A stretch of 64,000 bases of DNA from a virus: IMG/VR virus record IMGVR_UViG_3300033233_000014, positions 1 through 64,000 of that record. One strand, written 5' to 3'. The notes beneath the pieces are model-generated. The model did not search any database. It was given only the letters and a program-made list of their open reading frames with translations, and was not told the DNA's origin. Shown here in pieces: positions 45,936 through 52,794 of the stretch (the stretch's first letter is position 1; every line of letters begins with the position of its first letter). Both the position numbers and the translations under genes were made by a program.

Positions 45936-46175
45936 TCAGGTATCCCACCCGATCAACCGGACGACCTCGTGCCAGCCACAACCTTGCGCCGGGCACACGA
46001 GGCTGGGCGAGACGGTGCCGTCGGCCGCGATGTTGTGATCCGAGAGGCTGGCGACATGCCCGTTGCCGCACGCCACGTTCGCGCTGCGGTGGCCGTCGGG
46101 GAAGCGTGCCCCGCGCCACGACGGGTGCTTCCGCGCCAGCCAGAAGTCGCCCGGGTCGGCCTGCGGGATGTCCAT
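45936..46175 (-). CDS. Small Cys/His protein, paralogue A (DUF6527-like)
   Basis: Same C-terminal motif as its neighbour. Confidence 0.7.
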   Translation of the reverse strand: MDIPQADPGDFWLARKHPSWRGARFPDGHRSANVACGNGHVASLSDHNIAADGTVSPSLVCPAQGCGWHEVVRLIGWDT

Positions 46176-46268
46176 GCGGGCCAGTCTACGACTCGCCCGT
46201 CGCGCAGTACCACCTGGTACCTGCTGGTACCGTCGGAGACACGAGGCCTCTCCGCGGGCGTTGATCGT

Positions 46269-46345
46269 TGGTACCGAGGGCGGGAGTCGCACCCGCCTTA
46301 GCCTCCTTATGAGGGAGGTGCCTCATGCTGCTCGGCCACCTCGGC
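46269..46345 (-). tRNA. tRNA-Met(CAT) (elongator or Ile2)
   Basis: Cloverleaf, loop CTCATAA, CCA. Confidence 0.85.
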
Positions 46346-46420
46346 TGGTGGAGTGGGCCGGTTTTGCGCCGACGTGCCCCGGTCTTCAGCCGGGTGCTCT
46401 ACTGATTGAGCTACCACTCC
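46346..46420 (-). tRNA. tRNA-Phe(GAA)
   Basis: Cloverleaf, loop CTGAAGA, CCA. Confidence 0.85.
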
Positions 46421-46427
46421 AAAAAGA

Positions 46428-46566
46428 TCGGAACCGACAAGGGATGCCGAGAGAACGAAGCGCTCTGCCGTTGAGCTACGGCACCGGGTTGCCCCGGCAC
46501 CGGCGGGAATCGAACCCGCACCTCTCTTTTGTGAAAAGATGTACTCCCGACTGCATCCGGTTCCGA
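46428..46566 (-). ncRNA. yrlA: Y RNA, YrlA type (Y1)
   Basis: Terminal stem CCGGATG...CTTGTCGG enclosing T arm, closed acceptor stem, then D arm; near the TROVE gene; U-run after. Confidence 0.85.
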
Positions 46567-46583
46567 CCAGCGATGTCAAAAAA

Positions 46584-46677
46584 GTAGGGGCCGACAAGGG
46601 TTGCCGAGAGAACCCGGGGTTGCCCCCGGAGATTTACTACAGATGTAAATGTACTCCCGACTTCATCCGGCCCCTAC
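46584..46677 (-). ncRNA. Y-RNA-like gene (Y2), no tRNA domain
   Basis: Same CCGGATG..GTCGGGAGTACAT / CTCTCGGC..CCCTTGTCGG stem; two inner hairpins; U6 after. Confidence 0.8.
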
Positions 46678-47115
46678 CGATGAACGCATCTCTTGAAGGA
46701 TTCGATAGCGGACGTGCCTGAGTTGCTTCGCCGTCTTGCGTCGATGGCAGTTGGCGCATCGCACGTCACACTTCTCGATCTCCTCGATCAACCTCTCCTT
46801 TCTTACCCGTGAGACTAGAAGGCTCACGGTCATGATCTTCTTCTCTGGATCTCGATGATCGAAGTCAAGGACAAGAGGATCCGGCTCTCCGCAGTCCACG
46901 CACGGATGCACGAGGAGGTACGCAACAACAAATCTCCGGTTCCTCTCAACAAGCTTCTGCTTCGACTTGTTGCCCTTCCAGACGTAGTACGCTCGGTTGC
47001 TTCGGTAGTGGGTCTTCTTGTATTCGAGCCGGCACCTCCGGCACTTCCCGTCCTTCGTCTTGTTCTTTCCGACGCGAGGCCGGCCACACTTCCGACACGG
47101 CCTCGTCTTCTGCAC
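46663..47115 (-). CDS. HNH endonuclease
   Basis: PCVDCGE.DP.VLDFDHRDP...EIEKCDVRCANCHR. Confidence 0.88.
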   Translation of the reverse strand: MQKTRPCRKCGRPRVGKNKTKDGKCRRCRLEYKKTHYRSNRAYYVWKGNKSKQKLVERNRRFVVAYLLVHPCVDCGEPDPLVLDFDHRDPEKKIMTVSLLVSRVRKERLIEEIEKCDVRCANCHRRKTAKQLRHVRYRILQEMRSSVGAG

Positions 47116-47130
47116 GAAGCCAGTCTACGC

Positions 47131-47183
47131 TACGGGAGAGAATGCCGCAAGGCAAGATTCTCCCCGAGCATCCGGCCCCTACC
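47131..47183 (-). ncRNA. Partial Y-RNA-like element (5' arm plus hairpin)
   Basis: GGTAGGGGCCGGATG identical to the Y2 5' end; lacks the CTTGTCGG strand. Confidence 0.45.
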
Positions 47184-47189
47184 CGTTCG

Positions 47190-48902
47190 TTACTCCTCCT
47201 TCACCGGCTCCGCCGGCTCCACCGTCTCCTCGTGCTTCTCCTCCGCCTCGCCCGTGTCCGTGGCCGCGAGATCGAGCGCCTCGACCTTCGCCAGCCAATG
47301 CTCGGCCGCCAGCGTGCCGCGCGCGAACTCGGCCAGGATCTCGAACACCGCGTCCGAGAACCCGCCGATGTTGAGCGTGTCCGGCTGCTCCGGCGCCTGC
47401 ACCGTCGTGTACGCCTGCAGGTTGATGCAGACCAGCCGCGCCTTCGGGTTCCGGCTCTTGAAGGTCGCCCACTCGTCGGCCACACCGCTGCTCTGCCCGT
47501 AGAGTCCGGTGCCCGCGTAGGCGTGCGTGTCCACCCACGACTCCATGTCGGAGACGATGATGACGAGGTCGCCCTTGCCCTTCTTGCCGTTGATCATCCG
47601 GAGCACCGAGGCGCAGTCCGTCCCGCCCCCGCCGTACTTGGCGAGCTTCTGGGCGTTCGTGAGCACCGTGTCCCGCGGGTTGAGCGTCGCCGTGTGCGGC
47701 ACGGTGTCGAACGGGATGACCTCGGCCTCGTGGTTCTTCCGCAGGATGGCCGACGCGATGAGCGCCGCCACGTCCACGCACCGCGCCACCGTCGTCGCCC
47801 CCACGCCCCGCGCGCCCGTGATCGGCGAGGACATCGAGCCCGACACGTCGACGCAGACGTAGACCTTCCCCTCAAGCGCCGGCACGTTCTCCGTGGCGAC
47901 CTCGAGCGCATCCTGCAGCGCCTCCGTGACCGCCTTCGGGATCCGCCCCTCGATGAACTGGCCCTTCGCGTCCCGCACCTGCCCCGTGGTCGCGAGATAG
48001 GAGACGAGCAACTGGTACGGGAACACCTTGGCCTTCCGAATCGTCTCCGGGTCGCGGAGCTTCCCCGCGATCTCCGCGGTGAGCCCCTCGACCTCGAAGA
48101 CGCCCTTGCGGGCGTAGTTGTTGAGGTTGATCCGGGTCTGGTGGAACCAGCCGCGCCGGGCCACCGCCACCCAATGCTCCCGGGTGAGCGGCAGGCTGGT
48201 CAGCATCTGCATCGGCACGTCCGGCGCGTCCTTGCCCGCCGGATCCTTCTTGAACGCCTCGTACTCCCGGATGGCCGCTGGCAGCCGCGGATCGTCGCCC
48301 GCGACCTTCCCGATGAGCCAGCCGTAGAGCGCCGTCGCCGCCTCGCCCATCGGCTTCGGCCGGGCCAACTTGATGATGTCCCCGAGCGACGGGTTGGTGC
48401 CCACGCTGTCCCGCAGGAGGACGTGGGGCCGCCGGACTGCGAACCAGGCGTGGATGAGCCGCCGGACGACGCCCTTGAGCGCCCGGTGCTTGCCCATCTT
48501 GCCGCTTCGCAGGATCTGGACGACGTTGCGGAGCATCTTCCCGTTCGTGACAACGTGCGGCCACGCCCGCTCGAACCACTTCGCGCCCTCCGCCCCCTGG
48601 TTGCGGAGCCACGCGAGCAGGACGGCCGGCATGTCCTTCATGAAGCCGCGCTGCCGGGCGTAGACCGCCACCTTGGCGACGAACTCGGGCGTCACGTCGA
48701 CGTGCTTGAGCAGGATGAGGACGGTGTCGAGTTGCGCCTCGCCGCTGGCGTAGAACGCCTCGCCGAGGCAGCCCGTGGCCGCCAACTGGGCGAGCGCGTG
48801 CCGCGGGGTGAGCGTGTACGCCAGCCCGCCGGCCTCGTTGCGATCGGTCGTCTCGGGCGGGGTGGCCCCCCGCCGGGACTGGAACAGGGACTTGTTTGCC
48901 AT
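47190..48902 (-). CDS. rsr: Ro60/TROVE-domain RNA-binding protein
   Basis: NEAGG.AY, LAQLAATG, FMKDMPA, KVFPYQL, vWA DVSGSM, GGTDC, VSDMESW, IGGFSDAVF. Confidence 0.95.
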   Translation of the reverse strand: MANKSLFQSRRGATPPETTDRNEAGGLAYTLTPRHALAQLAATGCLGEAFYASGEAQLDTVLILLKHVDVTPEFVAKVAVYARQRGFMKDMPAVLLAWLRNQGAEGAKWFERAWPHVVTNGKMLRNVVQILRSGKMGKHRALKGVVRRLIHAWFAVRRPHVLLRDSVGTNPSLGDIIKLARPKPMGEAATALYGWLIGKVAGDDPRLPAAIREYEAFKKDPAGKDAPDVPMQMLTSLPLTREHWVAVARRGWFHQTRINLNNYARKGVFEVEGLTAEIAGKLRDPETIRKAKVFPYQLLVSYLATTGQVRDAKGQFIEGRIPKAVTEALQDALEVATENVPALEGKVYVCVDVSGSMSSPITGARGVGATTVARCVDVAALIASAILRKNHEAEVIPFDTVPHTATLNPRDTVLTNAQKLAKYGGGGTDCASVLRMINGKKGKGDLVIIVSDMESWVDTHAYAGTGLYGQSSGVADEWATFKSRNPKARLVCINLQAYTTVQAPEQPDTLNIGGFSDAVFEILAEFARGTLAAEHWLAKVEALDLAATDTGEAEEKHEETVEPAEPVKEE

Positions 48903-48983
48903 CGGTCTATCCTCCTTCTCTGGGATTTACAGAAGTGTACACGAAGGGAAACACTCAATCCACTCGAAAGGTTCATCCGAATC

Positions 48984-49058
48984 TGGGGTGACCGGCGAGA
49001 GTCGCACTCGCGCGGCGAGAGTCACAGTCTCGTGCCCTACTGTTAGGCGACGGTCACC
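48984..49058 (-). tRNA. tRNA-His(GTG)
   Basis: Loop CTGTGAC; G-1:C73; CCA. Confidence 0.85.
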
Positions 49059-49080
49059 ATCGTCGCGTCGATCCGCGGGC

Positions 49081-49155
49081 TGGAGCTGAAGGTGGGATTT
49101 GCACCCACATAGCCCGCCTTACGAGAGCGGTGCATCGCTGTTCTGCCACTTCAGC
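49081..49155 (-). tRNA. tRNA-Thr(CGT)
   Basis: Loop CTCGTAA; CCA. Confidence 0.85.
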
Positions 49156-49158
49156 ATC

Positions 49159-49232
49159 TGGGGCCCAAGGGCGGGATCGCACCGCCGCTGGCGAGGTACA
49201 GGCTCGCCGTGCTGCTGCTACACCACTCGGGC
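49159..49232 (-). tRNA. tRNA-Thr(TGT)
   Basis: Loop CCTGTAC; CCA. Confidence 0.8.
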
Positions 49233-49308
49233 TGGAGCCACCGGCGGGAATCGGACCCGCGACCTCCTCCTTACCAAGGAGGCGCTCTTCCATCTGAGCT
49301 ACAGCGGC
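49233..49308 (-). tRNA. tRNA-Thr(GGT)
   Basis: Loop TTGGTAA; CCA. Confidence 0.9.
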
Positions 49309-49382
49309 TGGCTGCCCCGGTACGATTCGAACGTACACGGCGAGGGTCAAAGCCTCGCGGCCTACCATTAGCCGACAGGGCA
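49309..49382 (-). tRNA. tRNA-Gln(TTG)
   Basis: Loop CTTTGAC; U1:A72; CCA. Confidence 0.9.
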
Positions 49383-49478
49383 GAAGTCGCCGAAGACAGT
49401 CGGGCGCGCTGGACTGCGGGGTATCCCTCCCTCGACTCCCGCTTCTCGGCGGAAGCCGAGGTAGGGATCCCGCAGATC

Positions 49479-49553
49479 TGGAGCGGCCAGCGGGTTTCGC
49501 ACCCGCGACTTCCAGGTTGGGAACCTGGCGCTCTACTACTGAGCTACGGCCGC
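49479..49553 (-). tRNA. tRNA-Gly(CCC)
   Basis: Loop TTCCCAA; U73; CCA. Confidence 0.9.
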
Positions 49554-49735
49554 ATGCATGCGCCAGAGACAGCTGGCGCCCCCTGGCCCGCGTATCGCCG
49601 CAGCGCCAACGAGAGCCCCTCGTGAGCACCGCTACGCATCACCGTCGTGCGTTGGCCCCGTGTGAATCTTGGATCGTGAAGTCGACGGCCGTCAGCGAAC
49701 ACTTGGGGGTTCCAAGGTTGCTGACCCCACAGAAC

Positions 49736-49809
49736 TGGAGCGGGCCGCGAGAATCGAACTCGCGTCCTCGGGTTGGAGGCCCGACGCCTTGCCACTAGAC
49801 GAGGCCCGC
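49736..49809 (-). tRNA. tRNA-Gly(TCC)
   Basis: Loop CCTCCAA; CCA. Confidence 0.85.
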
Positions 49810-49869
49810 ATCGTGCGCCGGCCTGCCTCAGCATGCCAGCGCCTCTCGAGACAGCGAGAGCCTGAAGAG

Positions 49870-49960
49870 CCGCCTCTCCCCCGACTGTTCTGCCGTTAAA
49901 CTACTCGCGCGTCTACTGCACAGGGGAGGATTCGAACCTCCATCTTTCTAAGGGGGACGG
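49870..49960 (-). ncRNA. Permuted tRNA-like module A (T arm before D arm)
   Basis: GGAGGTTCGAATCCTCC, closed stem, TAGTTTAACGGCAGAAC, enclosed by TCCCCC/GGGGGA. Confidence 0.65.
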
Positions 49961-49964
49961 GATC

Positions 49965-50039
49965 TGGAGCGGGTAGTGGGTTTCGCACCCACGGCCTCCA
50001 CCTTGGCAAAGTGGCGCTCTACTACTGAGCTACACCCGC
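49965..50039 (-). tRNA. tRNA-Gly(GCC)
   Basis: Loop TTGCCAA; CCA. Confidence 0.9.
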
Positions 50040-50046
50040 GATCTTC

Positions 50047-50132
50047 TGGCGGAGGGGCGGGGACTCGAACCCCGGACGGCGTGAGCCGCGCTCGCCTTCC
50101 AAGCGAGTTCCTCGTCCGGCCGGACCCCCTCC
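50047..50132 (-). tRNA. tRNA-Ser(GGA)
   Basis: Loop TTGGAAG; long variable arm; G73. Confidence 0.85.
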
Positions 50133-50274
50133 ACTCGACCAGGGACCGGAGTTCCGATGAAAGGAAGCCTGCCTCGGCTGGTCGAACCCGAGGCTTGCCC
50201 AGGCGTCGCGCCTGATCGGATTGTCGGGCACTTCCGGCGCACCCGACGGCGGGCCGAAGGGAATGCCCGGCCGC

Positions 50275-50360
50275 TGGCGGAAGAGGAGGGAATCGAACCC
50301 CCACGGGAGTTACCCGGACGGTTTTCGGGACCGTTGCGCTAGCCGTTACGCCACTCTTCC
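50275..50360 (-). tRNA. tRNA-Ser(CGA)
   Basis: Loop CCCGAAA; long variable arm. Confidence 0.85.
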
Positions 50361-50364
50361 GAGG

Positions 50365-50440
50365 TGGTGGACCCGGCGGGAGTTGAACCCGCGATCTCCG
50401 GAATGCCATTCCGGCGTTCTTCCATCTGAACTACGAGCCC
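50365..50440 (-). tRNA. tRNA-Ala(GGC)
   Basis: Loop ATGGCAT; G3:U70. Confidence 0.9.
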
Positions 50441-50516
50441 TGGTGGACCTGGCCGGACTCGAACCGGCGATCTCCGCGTTGCGAACGCGGCGCTCTTCCA
50501 ACTGAGCTACAAGCCC
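50441..50516 (-). tRNA. tRNA-Ala(CGC)
   Basis: Loop TTCGCAA; G3:U70. Confidence 0.9.
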
Positions 50517-50519
50517 ATC

Positions 50520-50594
50520 TGGTGGACGCACCCGGCTTTGCTCCGGGCACCCGACCGTGCAAGGGTCGTGTGATGCTGACTTCACCATGCGCCC
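50520..50594 (-). tRNA. tRNA-Ala(TGC)
   Basis: Loop CTTGCAC; G3:U70; T loop AGCAAAG. Confidence 0.8.
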
Positions 50595-50684
50595 AGCGGA
50601 TGCGTGCTACCGTTACACCACAAGACCCGTGCTCCCGAAGGAGTCGAACTTCTTGGCGGGAGTCGAACCCGCACTTCATCCTTG
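50595..50684 (-). ncRNA. Permuted tRNA-like module B (opened at the anticodon loop)
   Basis: GGATG-AAGT-T arm-CAAGA[UUCG hairpin]TCTTG-TG-D arm-G-CATCC. Confidence 0.7.
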
Positions 50685-50759
50685 TGGAGATCCCGGCAGG
50701 ACTTTCACCTGCGTCGTTCACCCTTTGCAGGGGTGCGCCTGATTCTCGGCCACGGGATC
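50685..50759 (-). tRNA. tRNA-Cys(GCA)
   Basis: Loop CTGCAAA; U73; T loop TGAAAGT. Confidence 0.8.
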
Positions 50760-50763
50760 GTGC

Positions 50764-50837
50764 TGGCAGGAGCGCAGGGAGTTGAACCCTGGACCTCAGA
50801 TTTGGAGGCTGAGATGTTTCCGTTACACCACACTCCT
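50764..50837 (-). tRNA. tRNA-Trp(CCA)
   Basis: Loop CTCCAAA; G73. Confidence 0.88.
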
Positions 50838-50842
50838 TCTGC

Positions 50843-50918
50843 TGGCGACCTCGGCAGGACTCGAACCTGCAGCCTCCGGGGTAGAAACCCGGCGCCGTTC
50901 CTGTTCGGCTACGAGGCC
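50843..50918 (-). tRNA. tRNA-Arg(TCT)
   Basis: Loop TTTCTAC. Confidence 0.85.
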
Positions 50919-50921
50919 ATC

Positions 50922-51006
50922 TGGTCTTCGGGGGGAGAGTCGAACTCCCACGGGTTTCCCCACTAGGTTCTGAGCCTAGCGCGACTGCCAGTTCCGCCAC
51001 CCGAAG
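50922..51006 (-). tRNA. tRNA-Leu(CAG)
   Basis: Loop CTCAGAA; long variable arm. Confidence 0.85.
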
Positions 51007-51010
51007 ATGC

Positions 51011-51085
51011 TGGTACGGGCACGGGGTATCGATCCCCGTTTCTCGCGCTGAAAACGCGATGTCTTAGCCAGTAGACGATGCCCGC
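51011..51085 (-). tRNA. tRNA-Glu(TTC)
   Basis: Loop TTTTCAG. Confidence 0.85.
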
Positions 51086-51088
51086 ATC

Positions 51089-51171
51089 TGGTCCGCGCGG
51101 CAGGAGTCGAACCTGCACGCCGAAGCACCTGTTCTTGAGACAGGCGGGTCTGCCATTTCCCCCACGCGCGG
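51089..51171 (-). tRNA. tRNA-Leu(CAA)
   Basis: Loop CTCAAGA; long variable arm. Confidence 0.85.
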
Positions 51172-51175
51172 ATGC

Positions 51176-51269
51176 TGGCGGAGAGGATGGGTGTCGAACC
51201 CACCGTCGCCGTTGAGGCGACCCTGGTTTAGCAAACCAGTCCAGCTAACCAACGATCTGGCTCCTCTCC
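51176..51269 (-). tRNA. tRNA-Ser(GCT)
   Basis: Loop TTGCTAA; long variable arm; extended D arm. Confidence 0.85.
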
Positions 51270-51272
51270 ATC

Positions 51273-51358
51273 TGGTGCGCGAGAGAGGACTCGAACCTCC
51301 ATGCCTTTCGGCACAAGACCCTCAATCTTGCGTGTCTACCAAATTTCACCACTCGCGC
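51273..51358 (-). tRNA. tRNA-Leu(GAG)
   Basis: Loop TTGAGGG. Confidence 0.92.
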
Positions 51359-51434
51359 TGGTCGGCCGAGGAGGGTTCGAACCTCCGACCTTCTGCGTGT
51401 AAGGCAGACGCGCTTCCGACTGTGCCACCGGCCG
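51359..51434 (-). tRNA. tRNA-Val(TAC)
   Basis: Loop CTTACAC. Confidence 0.88.
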
Positions 51435-51442
51435 ATCTTCTC

Positions 51443-51516
51443 TGGCGGTGCGTACGGGAGTTGAACCCGTACTAGCAGATCGACAATCTGCCGTGCTGCC
51501 GCTACACCAACGCACC
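51443..51516 (-). tRNA. tRNA-Asp(GTC)
   Basis: Loop TTGTCGA; G73. Confidence 0.88.
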
Positions 51517-51519
51517 CGC

Positions 51520-51594
51520 TGGTTGCCCCGCGAGGATTCGAACCTCAGATTTCCTGGTTCAGAGCCAGGCGTCCTACCGTTGGACGACAGGGCA
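51520..51594 (-). tRNA. tRNA-Gln(CTG)
   Basis: Loop CTCTGAA; U1:A72. Confidence 0.9.
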
Positions 51595-51595
51595 G

Positions 51596-51668
51596 TTGGA
51601 GCGGCGGGAGTTGCACCCGCGTCTCGACTGTATAGGAGTCGCGCCTGAGACTACTCGGCCACGCTCCG
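51596..51668 (-). tRNA. tRNA with TAT anticodon (Ile-UAU); C1xA72; CCA not encoded
   Basis: CGACT-CCTATAC-AGTCG anticodon arm; full cloverleaf. Confidence 0.7.
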
Positions 51669-51744
51669 TGGTCGTTCGGGAAGGAATCGAACCTTCCTGA
51701 CCTACCTTATCAGGGTAGTGCCTGAACCACTAGGCTACCGAACG
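51669..51744 (-). tRNA. tRNA-Ile(GAT)
   Basis: Loop CTGATAA. Confidence 0.9.
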
Positions 51745-51917
51745 AGAGCGACTCGGGCCGGCTTTGGCAGGCACTTGGGTAGCGCCGCACAGACCGGCGG
51801 GGTGAAACCCGGATCAGCGCCAGCAGAGCCGTACGGACGTGCCGCCGTTGATGCTGGACCACCACTCTACGATGAGGCTTCGGTCTGATGACCGCGCCTT
51901 CCCCTTCTCCGCGTCGC

Positions 51918-51994
51918 TGGTAGATCCGATAGGACTTGAACCTATGGCCTCCTGCGTGTGAAGCAGGCGCTCTGCGCAACTGAGCTACGGATCT
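51918..51994 (-). tRNA. tRNA-Val(CAC)
   Basis: Loop TTCACAC. Confidence 0.9.
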
Positions 51995-51997
51995 ATC

Positions 51998-52131
51998 GGT
52001 GACGACGCAAAGGATGTCGTTGCCGTCCGCACCGGATCGATGAAGCCGGCGTGTCGCTAGGCACCGGAGCAGGCGCACTGTCCATCTCCGGCCGAGTCTC
52101 TGCCGAGGCATCGTCCTCGTTCGTCGTCACC
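51998..52131 (-). ncRNA. Unassigned rod-like ncRNA
   Basis: Perfect 10-bp terminal stem GGTGACGACG/CGTCGTCACC filling the gap between two tRNAs. Confidence 0.55.
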
Positions 52132-52209
52132 TGGTCGGACTGGCCGGATTCGAACCGGCGGCCTCCTGAACCCCATTCAGGCGCGCTAGCCAGCCTGCGC
52201 TACAGCCCG
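52132..52209 (-). tRNA. tRNA-Pro(GGG)
   Basis: Loop ATGGGGT. Confidence 0.92.
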
Positions 52210-52214
52210 AGCGA

Positions 52215-52280
52215 GAACGGCCCGACAAGGGACGCCGAGAGTTCAGTTTAGATGTACTCCCAGCAGCATCCGGATCGTTC
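52215..52280 (-). ncRNA. Minimal Y-RNA-like gene (Y3)
   Basis: CCGGATGCTGCTGGGAGTACATC, short loop, CTCTCGGCGTCCCTTGTCGG. Confidence 0.8.
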
Positions 52281-52282
52281 CC

Positions 52283-52358
52283 TGGTCGCGCGGGTCGGGT
52301 TCGAACCGACACCCTTCGGCTCCCAAAGCCGACGCTCCACCGCTTGAGCTTCCGCACG
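52283..52358 (-). tRNA. tRNA-Pro(TGG)
   Basis: Loop TTTGGGA. Confidence 0.88.
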
Positions 52359-52362
52359 CACA

Positions 52363-52480
52363 CGAGGCCCCGGACAAGAGAGTCGAGAGGAATGCCTTCC
52401 AGAGGTTGCCCTCTCAGGCGAGCCCTTGCGGGCTTCAAGATTTGAACTTGGTGTACTCCCAACAGCATCCCGATGCCTCG
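52363..52480 (-). ncRNA. Y-RNA-like gene (Y4) with a T-loop hairpin and two GCAA hairpins
   Basis: CGGGATG..GTTGGGAGTACAC / CTCTCGAC..CTTGTCCG with compensatory changes. Confidence 0.8.
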
Positions 52481-52481
52481 C

Positions 52482-52559
52482 TGGTCGGGCTAGCAGGATT
52501 TGAACCTGCGGTCTCTTGCTCCCGAAGCAAGCGCGTTGACCAGGCTACGCTACAGCCCG
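52482..52559 (-). tRNA. tRNA-Pro(CGG)
   Basis: Loop TTCGGGA. Confidence 0.92.
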
Positions 52560-52562
52560 AAT

Positions 52563-52714
52563 GAAGACGACCGACAAGAGAGCCGAGAGAACCGGGTTGC
52601 CCCGGAATCCTGGCGCTCTACCGTTGAGCTACCGCACGATCTATTCGCGCGAGTGAGGAGTCGAACCTCACGACCTCCAGGGCCATGTACTCCCAGCGGC
52701 ATCCGGCCGCCTTC
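52563..52714 (-). ncRNA. yrlA: Y RNA, YrlA type (Y5)
   Basis: Shared stem, T arm, closed acceptor, D arm, plus GCAA hairpin. Confidence 0.85.
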
Positions 52715-52789
52715 TGGTGTTCCGGGCAGGAGTCGCACCTGCAGCCGTCTCGTTAGGACCGAGTCGCGCTTCTGTTGCGCCACCGGAAC
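52715..52789 (-). tRNA. tRNA-Arg(CCT)
   Basis: Loop GTCCTAA. Confidence 0.78.
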
Positions 52790-52794
52790 ATTGC

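Noticed and set aside
48920-48982. A further Y RNA in the rsr leader (CGGATGAA...GTGTACAC)
   Set aside because: Only fragmentary similarity and no CTTGTC partner strand; better explained as an extended -10 (TGTACACT) promoter region.
50595-50684. Ligation of module B creating a UCA (opal-reading) anticodon
   Set aside because: The joined overhangs give GCUCAA, a 6-nt loop, and the acceptor end is closed with no CCA; too speculative to claim decoding.
46428-52714. Recurring TGTACTCCC...CATCC motif as a CRISPR or DNA repeat
   Set aside because: Copies are irregularly spaced, always paired with a complementary partner strand and covary, as expected for RNA stems; no cas genes are present.
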